Below are positions 1-8,532 of a stretch of DNA of 32,000 nt, in pieces. The position numbers were made by a program, and so were the translations under genes. The stretch spans positions 570,001 through 602,000 of the forward strand of contig NZ_CP019633.1 in assembly GCF_001997385.1 (NCBI RefSeq), in the 5' to 3' direction. This DNA comes from Sedimentisphaera cyanobacteriorum. Its GTDB lineage: Bacteria; Planctomycetota; Phycisphaerae; Sedimentisphaerales; Sedimentisphaeraceae. The notes under the pieces were generated by a model. That model did not search any database. It was not told the origin of the DNA and saw only the letters and a program-made list of their open reading frames with translations. The number at the start of each line of letters is the position of its first letter. Position 1 is the first letter of the stretch.

Positions 1-340
1 ACCATCCCTGAATATATTATATCTCTCAGGCTCAAAGTCAAAAGAATAGTATGTTTAATCGATTTGCTTTGAGCGTCATTAGGCTCAGAATTATGTCATT
101 TTTAATCTTTTCTGTGAAATGCAGTAAAGTTTATTTGTAAATCAGGGTTTTGTGCCTTTCACTTATAGATAAAGAATTAATCTGGCCTTGATTAAGACCC
201 GCAAAATACCCAGTTTGAAATATTCAAAACTGTAATGAATCAATTAACTGAAAATTGGCTTGAACTTATTAAGCTGCTCTTCCTTTTTTTTTTGCGAGTC
301 GGCTAGCTGCCTGCCATATCTATAGATTACAGCTGAAAAT

Positions 341-369
341 AAAAAAGGCCGAACGAATTTCGTCCGGCC
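341..369 (-). terminator. Rho-independent terminator downstream of nifJ
   Basis: The minus strand reads GGCCGGACG-AAATT-CGTTCGGCC (9-bp stem including one G-U pair) followed by TTTTTT. It lies 32 nt after the nifJ stop codon. Confidence 0.7.
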
Positions 370-401
370 TTTCTGTGATTTATTTTTTCTGAGAGAAAAG
401 T

Positions 402-3400
402 TTACTGCTTATCGCATTCCATATTGGCGAAATTTTCAAGCAGGCAGAATTTCCTCTTGGCGTCTTTAGAGCCTTCTTCCATCAGCTTTTCAGCCGCCTC
501 AGGGTTGCTCTTCATCAGTACCTTCCAGCGGTTTTCGCCTTTGGCGAATTCATCAAATCCCATAGTCGGGGCTTTGCTGTCGAGCTTGAGCGGGTTCTTG
601 CCTTCAGCAGCAAGGTCAGGGTTGAACCTGTAAAGAGGCCAGTGGCCGCAGTTTACAGCCTTCTTCTGCTCGTCAAGTCCGCAGGTCATATTGATGCCGT
701 GAGCGATACAGTGTGAGTATGCAAGGATGATACTCGGGCCGTTGTAGGCTTCCGCTTCAACAAACGCCTTCACCATCTGATTCGGATTCGCTCCCACTGC
801 CACCTTGGCAACGTATATGCCGCCGTAGGTCATTGAGATCATTCCGAGATCTTTCTTCGGCATCTGCTTACCGCCTGCGGCAAACTTGGCCACAGCACCC
901 AGCGGCGTAGATTTAGACATCTGCCCGCCGGTGTTTGAGTAAACCTCTGTATCGAGTACGAGCAGGTTTACATCGCTTCCGCTCGCAAGCACGTGGTCAA
1001 CGCCGTGGCTGTCGATATCGTATGCCCAGCCGTCGCCGCCGAGAATCCATACGCTCTTATGCACAAGATAATCAGCAAGAGTTGCTATTTCTTTGCCCAG
1101 CTCGCCGCAGCCTTCGCAGGCAGCCTTAAGCTTCTTAACTCTCGCCCGCTGGTCTTCTATGCCGGACTGGTCTTTCGTGTAAACGTTCGCTTTAATCTGC
1201 TCTGCGAGCTCTGAATCAACGCAGCTGTTTTCCACTGCCATATCGAGCTTTTCGATTGCCTGCTGCTTGAGGCGGTCTGCTGTAAGACGCATACCCATAC
1301 CGAATTCTGCATTGTCTTCGAATAAGCTGTTAGACCATGCCGGGCCGTATCCGTCTTCTCTCTTGGTGTAAGGAGTGGTCGGGAGGTTCCCGCCGTAGAT
1401 TGAGGAGCAGCCTGTAGCGTTCCCGATTACTGCACGGTCGCCGAACAGCTGTGAGAGGAGCTTAACATAAGCCGTCTCGCCGCAGCCTGCGCAGGCTCCG
1501 CTGAATTCAAACAGCGGCTCTACAAACTGGCTTCCCTTAACAGAAGCAACTTTGTATTTATCAGGATCGGTGTTAGGCAGAGACAGGAAGAAGTCCCAGT
1601 TTTCGGCTTCTGAATCGCGAAGCGGTTCCTGATGTTCCATATTGATTGCCTTCTTGCCTTCGATTTCCTTGCTCTTGCTCGGGCAGTTCTCAACGCATGC
1701 CCCGCAGCCGGTACAGTCTTCCGGAGCCACCTGCACGGTGAATTTCATGCCCTTGAGGTCTTTGCCTTTGGCATCAACGCTCTTGAATGTCTCAGGTGCG
1801 TTTTTAAGGCTGTCTTCTTCGTATGCCTTAACGCGAATAGCCGCATGCGGGCATACCAGCGAACACTGACCGCACTGAATACACAGATCAGGCTCCCATA
1901 CAGGGATGTTAACAGCAATATTGCGTTTCTCGTATTTGGTTGTTCCTGTGGGGAATTTCCCGTCCACAGGCATCTTGCTCACCGGCACACTGTCGCCCTT
2001 GCCGGCGAGAATTGGTGCAAGCACATCTTTAACGAATTCAGGTGCATCGTCCGGTACAACCTTCGCCATCTCTTTCTTGCTTGTTGCATCGGAGGGCACA
2101 TTAACCTTCTGAACGCTGTTTACAGCAGCATCTACTGCATCAGAGTTCATCTGCACAACTTTCTCGCCCTTCTTGCCGTAAGTCTTCTTGATAGCGTCCT
2201 TGATAGCATCAATAGCCTTTTCAGCAGGTATCACTTCGCTGATCTTGAAGAACGCTGTCTGCATTATCACATTGATTCTCGCTCCGAGCCCGAGCTTTTC
2301 AGCGATGCCGATAGCATCGATTACGTAGAAATCAAGCTTCTTGTCTATAATCTGCTGCTGGACTTCTTTCGGAAGTGTGCACCATACATCAGACGCATCG
2401 TGTGAGCTTGTCAAGAGGAATGTAGCCCCGTCTTTTGCGTTGCTGAGCATATCATACTTCTCAAGGAAGCTCGGATTATGACAGGCTACAAAATCTGCCT
2501 GACTGATAAGATATGGCTTTCTCAGCAGGCTTTTGCCGAAGCGAAGGTGAGAAACCGTAACAGCACCTGCCTTCTTCGAATCGTAAACGAAGTAGCCCTG
2601 TGCGTAGTTTTCTGTGAGTGAGCCGATGATTTTGATTGAATTTTTGTTTGCACCTACAGTACCGTCAGAACCGAGGCCGTAGAACATTGCCTCAAACGCA
2701 TCAGACTGAAGATTGAATGACGGGTCGAAGTCAATGCTCTTATTGGTTACATCGTCTTCAATACCTACAACAAAGCTGCTGATCGGTTTATCAAGATCGA
2801 GGTTCGCAAACACGCCTTTAACCATTGCCGGTGTAAACTCTTTAGAGCCAAGGCCGTAGCGTCCGCCTACTGTAACAGGGTAGTTCTTGATTTCAGTAAG
2901 GCCTTCTGCCATTGCCTCGCCGAGAGCCGTGCGAACATCAACATAAAGCGGCTCGCCTACAGAACCCGGTTCTTTTGTCCTGTCCAGAACGGCAATCTTC
3001 TTAACTGTTTTCGGAAGGGCATCGATGAAGTGTTTTACGCTGAAAGGACGATACAGACGCACTTTCAACACGCCCACTTTCTCGCCTGCTTCAGACATCT
3101 CTTCAACAGTTTCGTGTACTGTATCAGCGCCTGAGCCCATAACGATAATTACTTTCTCGGCGTCCTCTGCACCCACATAATCAAACAGTTTATACTGGCG
3201 GCCTGTAAGTTCGCAGAATTTGTCCATGGCCTTCTGGACTATTTCCGGAGTAGCGTTGTAAAACTTGTTTACAGTCTCACGCCCCTGGAAATATACATCA
3301 GGGTTTTGGGCTGTACCTGAAATTACCGGATGGTCAGGGCTGAGGCCTCTCTGCCTGTGCTCGCGTACCTTATCGTCATTTATCAGAGCCTTCATGTCAT

Positions 3401-3965
3401 CAAGGGTGAGTTCTTCAACCTTCTTGATTTCATGGCTTGTACGGAATCCATCGAAGAAGTGTACGAATGGAACTCTTGATTCAAGCGTTGATGCCTGAGA
3501 GATCAGAGCCATATCCATAACTTCCTGCACGGAATTGGAGCAGAGCATTGCAAACCCTGTCTGGCGGCAGGCCATCACATCTGAATGATCGCCAAATATA
3601 CTCAGCGCCTGGCATGCAAGAGATCTGGCCGAAACATGGAAAACTGTCGGCAGAAGTTCGCCGGCAATCTTGTACATATTCGGGATCATTAAAAGAAGGC
3701 CCTGAGAGGCGGTGAAGGTGGTAGTAAGTGCACCTGTTGCTAGTGCGCCGTGGACAGCGCCAGCTGCTCCGCCTTCGGACTGCATCTCAGTTACCGAAGG
3801 GACAGAGCCCCAGATGTTCTTTTCCCCGACTGCTGATTTTGCATCAGAAATCTCACCCATTGGCGAGGATGGGGTGATAGGATAAATCGCAATCACCTCG
3901 TTGGTAGCATGTGCTACGTGCGCCGCAGCAGTGTTACCGTCTATATTTACCATTTTTCTTGACAT
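402..3965 (-). CDS. nifJ: Pyruvate:ferredoxin (flavodoxin) oxidoreductase, single-polypeptide PFOR
   Basis: 1187-aa ORF with two ferredoxin-type 4Fe-4S motifs (CIQCGQCSLVCP and CTGCGACVENCP) and a TPP-binding GGDGWAYDI motif. Length and domain order are typical of NifJ/PFOR. GGAG lies 5 nt upstream of the ATG. Confidence 0.95.
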   Translation of the reverse strand: MSRKMVNIDGNTAAAHVAHATNEVIAIYPITPSSPMGEISDAKSAVGEKNIWGSVPSVTEMQSEGGAAGAVHGALATGALTTTFTASQGLLLMIPNMYKIAGELLPTVFHVSARSLACQALSIFGDHSDVMACRQTGFAMLCSNSVQEVMDMALISQASTLESRVPFVHFFDGFRTSHEIKKVEELTLDDMKALINDDKVREHRQRGLSPDHPVISGTAQNPDVYFQGRETVNKFYNATPEIVQKAMDKFCELTGRQYKLFDYVGAEDAEKVIIVMGSGADTVHETVEEMSEAGEKVGVLKVRLYRPFSVKHFIDALPKTVKKIAVLDRTKEPGSVGEPLYVDVRTALGEAMAEGLTEIKNYPVTVGGRYGLGSKEFTPAMVKGVFANLDLDKPISSFVVGIEDDVTNKSIDFDPSFNLQSDAFEAMFYGLGSDGTVGANKNSIKIIGSLTENYAQGYFVYDSKKAGAVTVSHLRFGKSLLRKPYLISQADFVACHNPSFLEKYDMLSNAKDGATFLLTSSHDASDVWCTLPKEVQQQIIDKKLDFYVIDAIGIAEKLGLGARINVIMQTAFFKISEVIPAEKAIDAIKDAIKKTYGKKGEKVVQMNSDAVDAAVNSVQKVNVPSDATSKKEMAKVVPDDAPEFVKDVLAPILAGKGDSVPVSKMPVDGKFPTGTTKYEKRNIAVNIPVWEPDLCIQCGQCSLVCPHAAIRVKAYEEDSLKNAPETFKSVDAKGKDLKGMKFTVQVAPEDCTGCGACVENCPSKSKEIEGKKAINMEHQEPLRDSEAENWDFFLSLPNTDPDKYKVASVKGSQFVEPLFEFSGACAGCGETAYVKLLSQLFGDRAVIGNATGCSSIYGGNLPTTPYTKREDGYGPAWSNSLFEDNAEFGMGMRLTADRLKQQAIEKLDMAVENSCVDSELAEQIKANVYTKDQSGIEDQRARVKKLKAACEGCGELGKEIATLADYLVHKSVWILGGDGWAYDIDSHGVDHVLASGSDVNLLVLDTEVYSNTGGQMSKSTPLGAVAKFAAGGKQMPKKDLGMISMTYGGIYVAKVAVGANPNQMVKAFVEAEAYNGPSIILAYSHCIAHGINMTCGLDEQKKAVNCGHWPLYRFNPDLAAEGKNPLKLDSKAPTMGFDEFAKGENRWKVLMKSNPEAAEKLMEEGSKDAKRKFCLLENFANMECDKQ

Positions 3966-4335
3966 AATAACTCCATCGTTATCTGCATATTATATGTTTT
4001 TCTAAGCTCACTTGAACTTAAAGCTTAAAGTCTTATGAAAACTGCTCCCTGCTTAAATTGTTTGCAAAAGGGGAAAAACAGAGCTGGCAGGAACTGCAGC
4101 AGTTTTATTTTCCGGTTATAAGGCTTTATACATAGCCTTAAAAAACTCTTATGATTATATGTTTTTCGTGCTTAACATCAATACATTTCGTTATAGTTTT
4201 TCACAAAAGCAGGCAAAACACGCTATATGTAAGCTCAGCGGGGGTACGCTGAATAGTTTTTATTTGTTTGATTATTCTGCTGTTCTGCTCTAATTCAAAA
4301 TTTTTCTGCAAAAATGCTTAAACCTTTTTGCAGTA

Positions 4336-4794
4336 CTATTCCGAATTGCTCTTTACATACTCAGTTCCGTCCGGGCCAACAGCATGCAGCTCGAGCAGAA
4401 CCCCTTCATCTCTTGTCTCGGCATAGTGGGGTTTGTTTGCGGGTTCTGTGAAGAAGCTTCCAGCGGGCATTTCCTTTAGTTTTGATTTGTCAAAACATTC
4501 ACCAAATGCAAAGTATATCTTTCCGGAAAGCACTGTTACTCTTCGTATTGTGTTTGGATGTCTGTGAGGGTTTATCTTAAAGTTCGGCGGGAATTTTATA
4601 CGCTGAACATAAGGCTCAGCCTTAGAGCAATCTCCTATAAGGGCTGCTGTTTGAAGCGAATGCAGCTTAGGATTGCTCTGCCATTCAATCTCATCAGGCA
4701 GTATTTGAACAGCTTTTTCTGTTTTGCTCGAGGAGCATCCGGAAAGCAGAATAATAGCTGACAATACTAATACGTAAAGCTTTTTTGCTGCCAT
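4336..4794 (-). CDS. Exported cupin-domain lipoprotein, function unknown
   Basis: 152 aa. N-terminal signal peptide with lipobox LLSGC. Cupin-like core (PHRHPN...VLSGKIYFAFGE...PHYAE). GAGGA Shine-Dalgarno upstream of the ATG. Confidence 0.6.
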   Translation of the reverse strand: MAAKKLYVLVLSAIILLSGCSSSKTEKAVQILPDEIEWQSNPKLHSLQTAALIGDCSKAEPYVQRIKFPPNFKINPHRHPNTIRRVTVLSGKIYFAFGECFDKSKLKEMPAGSFFTEPANKPHYAETRDEGVLLELHAVGPDGTEYVKSNSE

Positions 4795-4926
4795 AATAAT
4801 TCCTCATCTAAAAGATTTCTTACTGTATTAAAGACAATAATACCACCATTCATCTAACTTTTCAAGGTGCTTTCCCTGACATGCAGCACATCTGTTAAAA
4901 ATTGATTTATATTTACGCTGGAATAA

Positions 4927-4978
4927 AAAAAACTGCGGTGGAATTGCCCGCAGTTTTTTGTGCATCTGAAGCCGATCA
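4927..4978. repeat. Left copy of the 52-bp target-site duplication flanking the IS1634-family element
   Basis: AAAAAACTGCGGTGGAATTGCCCGCAGTTTTTTGTGCATCTGAAGCCGATCA is identical at 4927-4978 and 6852-6903. Both copies directly abut the IS terminal inverted repeats. Confidence 0.85.
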
Positions 4979-6851
4979 CCTGACTTCGGCGGTAAATTTT
5001 CATAAGTCCTTGTCAATAAAGGACTCGATTTTTTGCGCAGGCACTACAAACCCTATTTCGGAAGGTTTTTCGGCGGGTGAAATTACATTTTGTAAGGCGT
5101 TGTATTGGTGCTGAGATTAACTGTTTTATAGAGTTTTCTTGCGTCCTCGTTAATCTTTGATGGCAGGACATATCTGCACTCTGTTTTCTTATCCCAGAGT
5201 ATGCTCAGCTGCACGTGGTTGAGGGCATTTACAATCCTCGCCACAGACATCGGCTCAAATCTCAGCCGAACCCTGTAGGCCAGATTTCTCGCGCAGGTTA
5301 GAGCGATAAAGCATATCAGTATATGGGCTTTGATTCGTTTCGGCGTCCAGTGGTATATCGGCCGTATCTTCAGATCGTGCTTGCTTATCCTGAAGCACTC
5401 CTCAATCAGCCAGAGCTGCCTGTAATGATCTACTACAGCCGAATCATCCATATCCTTGACATTCGTTATAACACCGTGAAGACCATCAAAATTCGCAGCC
5501 TGCGCGTATTTCTCTTCATCTATCCGGCAGTCTATATCGCCGGTAACACGCATAAACTTCTTGTAGCCGTAGTTGCTTATAAGTGATTTGGGGTTGCTGC
5601 TCTTTTCAAGCTTCTCCTGGAGCTTTCTTATAGCTTCATCCCTGTCGTGCTTATTCTTTTTAGCGAGTTTATCGCTGTAGGTAACAATAAGCCTTGTATC
5701 TTTGCCGTAATCAAAGCTTCTAAGCGGGGCATTGGATTCTGTAACCTTTGCTTTCCATTTATCAGTGAGGCTTTTAAGCCTCGCTGCCACAATATACTCA
5801 ACTCCCTGCTTTTCAAGGTAATCAAGATTAGCCTTGCTAAGCATTGCGCTGTCTGCGGTGAAGATAACACGCTTGAGGTTGTATTTCTCTTTGATCTTAG
5901 GGATAACAGTATGCAGCGTATGCCCTTCATACTGATTGCCGGGGAATACCTCATAACCTACTGGAAGCCCTTCTGATGTGGACAGAAGACCAAGGACAAC
6001 CTGCGGCTGATTGAACTTCATATCCTTGCTGTAGCCGTTCTTTTTGAGCTCATCTTCTGTAAATGATTCAAAATAAAGCGTGGTGCAGTCGTAGAAAAGA
6101 AGACTTATCTCTTCGCCGAGAAGGCCTTTAGCAGCACTGTGAGCACAGTTTTGAGCCTTGCTGATAATATCATCTGTGATATTATCCATCATACGGTAAA
6201 CGCTGTCTAAAGAAAGGTTAATGCCGAAGTCTTTGGAGAGATCCTGAACGCTGCTGCGTTTGCTCACTGGGTTTGCAAGCCTTGCCATTGTGATATGACG
6301 AAGGTTTTTGCCTGCAGACTCTTTGCGTCTATCGAAAAGATTGTTAAAGCCAAGCTCATTGTAGATGCTGCCGAATACCTCATGGATGCCTGTAGTTATG
6401 CGTGCCTGCTCCCTGAGATTGTTTAGATTGACCCGTAAAGGCTTATCATCAATGTTTTTGCGGGCATCTATTGCAGCTTCTGCAAGATGCTCAGGCTTGA
6501 AAAGTGCCGGCGTTTTCTCGGCCTCAAGCTTGGCCTTCTCGAATTCGGCAAAATCCTTGAGCCGCTTAAGCTCTTCTTCTGTGAAGGCTGTGCCGAGATG
6601 ACGAACTATACGCTGACGAGGCTGGTTCTTCTCGTTGCGATAACTCTCTACAATCTGTACCGACTGCTTCGGACTGTTTTTTGATGTCTTTACTCGTATA
6701 AACATAAATGCAGATTATACGAAATCAAAACATTGTGTCAAAAAAAATAAAAAATTAGGCACTACGAGCGAACCGAACTTAACAAACCCTCATAACAGCC
6801 TCAAAACCCACTTTTTGCAGAGTTTTCCACAATCATACCGCCGAAGTCAGG
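4979..6851 (-). mobile_element. IS1634-family (IS4-related) insertion sequence, 1873 bp, apparently intact
   Basis: Perfect 16-bp terminal inverted repeats: CCTGACTTCGGCGGTA at 4979-4994 and its reverse complement at 6836-6851. A single 540-aa transposase ORF fills the element. It is flanked by a perfect 52-bp direct repeat. Confidence 0.85.
5083..6705 (-). CDS. IS1634-family DDE transposase
   Basis: 540 aa. The N-terminus MFIRVKTSKNSPKQSVQIVESYRNEKNQPRQRIVRHLG and the overall length match my recollection of IS1634/IS4-group transposases. The ORF is uninterrupted. Confidence 0.8.
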   Translation of the reverse strand: MFIRVKTSKNSPKQSVQIVESYRNEKNQPRQRIVRHLGTAFTEEELKRLKDFAEFEKAKLEAEKTPALFKPEHLAEAAIDARKNIDDKPLRVNLNNLREQARITTGIHEVFGSIYNELGFNNLFDRRKESAGKNLRHITMARLANPVSKRSSVQDLSKDFGINLSLDSVYRMMDNITDDIISKAQNCAHSAAKGLLGEEISLLFYDCTTLYFESFTEDELKKNGYSKDMKFNQPQVVLGLLSTSEGLPVGYEVFPGNQYEGHTLHTVIPKIKEKYNLKRVIFTADSAMLSKANLDYLEKQGVEYIVAARLKSLTDKWKAKVTESNAPLRSFDYGKDTRLIVTYSDKLAKKNKHDRDEAIRKLQEKLEKSSNPKSLISNYGYKKFMRVTGDIDCRIDEEKYAQAANFDGLHGVITNVKDMDDSAVVDHYRQLWLIEECFRISKHDLKIRPIYHWTPKRIKAHILICFIALTCARNLAYRVRLRFEPMSVARIVNALNHVQLSILWDKKTECRYVLPSKINEDARKLYKTVNLSTNTTPYKM

Positions 6852-6884
6852 AAAAAACTGCGGTGGAATTGCCCGCAGTTTTTT
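6852..6884 (-). terminator. Bidirectional-looking rho-independent terminator after kduI (second copy at 4925-4959)
   Basis: AAAAAA-CTGCGG-(9-nt loop)-CCGCAG-TTTTTT, so a U-tract follows the stem on either strand. It lies about 30 nt downstream of the kduI stop and is duplicated by the IS insertion. Confidence 0.65.
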
Positions 6885-6903
6885 GTGCATCTGAAGCCGA
6901 TCA
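6852..6903. repeat. Right copy of the 52-bp target-site duplication
   Basis: Identical to 4927-4978 and begins immediately after the right IR of the IS. Confidence 0.85.
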
Positions 6904-6915
6904 TTTTTAAAGAAG

Positions 6916-7746
6916 TTATTTAAAGTCTTCTATGCCTGAGTGATCCATATCGTTGAAGTCTTGGTTTTCGCCTCCCATCCCCCAGCAGAATCGGTAGCCT
7001 GATGTGCCTGCTCCTGAATGTATAGACCAGCTTGGCGAAATAATTGCCTGTTTGTCCGCAGCTGCAATATGTCTCATTTCATCCGGCTTGCCCATAAAGT
7101 GGAATACGCGGTTCTCCTCGGACATGTCGAAATACATATACGCCTCCATCCTGCGCGGGTGCAGGTGCGGAGGCATTGTATTCCAAACACTGCCCTTGGC
7201 GATTTCCGTAAAGCCCATTACGAGCTGGCAGCTTTCTATCCCATCCGGATGGATGTATTTGTAAATTGTGCGCTCGTTGCAGGTATCTTTGGAGCCCAGA
7301 TGTACCTGAAGGGCATCTTCGATTTTTGCATGCTTAACCGGATACTCTTTATGGGCAGGGTAGCTGAGCAGATAAAAGCACGCCGGCTCTGAGCCGTTTT
7401 GGCTGCTGAATGTAATTTCTCTGCTGCCCCGTCCAATATAGAGGCACTCAAGCTTTTTCAGATCGAAAGACTGCCCGTCAACATCAATCGCTCCTTCTCC
7501 GCCTACGTTCAAAACGCCGAGCTCGCGGCGTTTGCAGAAAAACTCCGCACGAAGCTCATCAGCTGTGCTGAGGGTGAGTGATTTTTCTGCCGGAACCGCA
7601 GAACCTAAAATAGCCCTGTCAACGTCTGAGTAAACCATTTCGATAGTGTTCGGCTTAAAAAGGGTTTCTACCAAAAAATTATCTCGGATTTCCTGATTTG
7701 TCATTCTTGAGAATCTAACTGGATCTGGTGAATACCTTACTTCCAT
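6916..7746 (-). CDS. kduI: 5-dehydro-4-deoxy-D-glucuronate isomerase
   Basis: 276 aa. The N-terminus MEVRYSPDP...QEIRDNFLVETLF and the length closely parallel enterobacterial KduI (about 278 aa). It sits in an operon with kduD, kdgK and eda. Confidence 0.9.
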   Translation of the reverse strand: MEVRYSPDPVRFSRMTNQEIRDNFLVETLFKPNTIEMVYSDVDRAILGSAVPAEKSLTLSTADELRAEFFCKRRELGVLNVGGEGAIDVDGQSFDLKKLECLYIGRGSREITFSSQNGSEPACFYLLSYPAHKEYPVKHAKIEDALQVHLGSKDTCNERTIYKYIHPDGIESCQLVMGFTEIAKGSVWNTMPPHLHPRRMEAYMYFDMSEENRVFHFMGKPDEMRHIAAADKQAIISPSWSIHSGAGTSGYRFCWGMGGENQDFNDMDHSGIEDFK

Positions 7747-7833
7747 TTTATTGCTCCTGTCTGAATTTTAAGATTTAATTACTGCTCTGCTAATTAATTT
7801 AACAGTTTTGATTTTGCGAATATTTCATTCCGA

Positions 7834-8511
7834 TCAAAGCCTTGCCCTAATCTCGCTTATCTTTCTTATGATTTCTGCTGCCTTTTCGGTGAGCTTTTCG
7901 TACTCTTCTTCTGAAGTAAAGCTGCCTTTAATGAGCTTTGAACCTATCCCCGCAGCTGCGATTCCAGCCGAGAACCACTCCTCGAGGCTTTCATCCGTGG
8001 GTGAAACACCGCCCGTGGGCATCAGCTCTGTCCATGGCATAGGTGCTTTAATCGCCTTGGCGAAAGCAGGCCCTCCAACCTGAGCCCCGGGGAAGATCTT
8101 GCAGATTTCCACCCCCAGCTCGTGAGCGTTATGTATCTCCGTTGCGCTTCCGCAGCCCGGGCTGTAGGGGATTTTGCGTTTATTGCAGAGAAGGGCGGTT
8201 TCTCTGTCGAGTATCGGGGAAACGATAAAATCAGCTCCTGCAGCAATATACATAGCTGCTGTAGAGCCATCGCTTACTGAACCTGCCCCGATAATCAACT
8301 CAGGAAGCTTTTCATCTCTGTAATAGGCAAGCTCTTTGAACACATCAATCGCTCTGTCTCCGCGGTTGGTGAATTCTACAACTTTCGCCCCGCCTTCAGC
8401 GCAGGCAGCAGCAATCCTGCAAACCTTCTCGGCCTCAGGCTTATAAAACACCGGCACAAGACCAATGCTCTTGATAGCGGCAAGGGTTTCGAGTCTTGAA
8501 TGTTTAGCCAT
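7834..8511 (-). CDS. eda: 2-dehydro-3-deoxyphosphogluconate / 4-hydroxy-2-oxoglutarate aldolase
   Basis: 225 aa with KDPG-aldolase family features: VPVF...GGAKVVEFTNR, GAGSV, EICKIFPG (Schiff-base Lys region), PTGGV. Confidence 0.85.
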   Translation of the reverse strand: MAKHSRLETLAAIKSIGLVPVFYKPEAEKVCRIAAACAEGGAKVVEFTNRGDRAIDVFKELAYYRDEKLPELIIGAGSVSDGSTAAMYIAAGADFIVSPILDRETALLCNKRKIPYSPGCGSATEIHNAHELGVEICKIFPGAQVGGPAFAKAIKAPMPWTELMPTGGVSPTDESLEEWFSAGIAAAGIGSKLIKGSFTSEEEYEKLTEKAAEIIRKISEIRARL

Positions 8512-8532
8512 ATCTAATCTCCGTTAAATAAG

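Noticed and set aside
1632-2405. 257-aa plus-strand ORF, and several 60-80-aa ORFs at 424-3498, inside nifJ
   Set aside because: They lie entirely antisense to, or out of frame with, a full-length and well-supported PFOR gene. The sequences are low-complexity, Cys/Leu/Arg-rich translations typical of shadow ORFs.
4828-5016. 62-aa minus-strand ORF spanning the left IS boundary
   Set aside because: It crosses the target duplication, terminator hairpin and IS inverted repeat. It would be a chimeric product of the insertion, with no Shine-Dalgarno sequence.
5323-6684. Plus- and minus-strand ORFs of 65-109 aa within the IS1634-family transposase gene
   Set aside because: They are nested in or antisense to the intact 540-aa transposase ORF, and there is no independent support for them.
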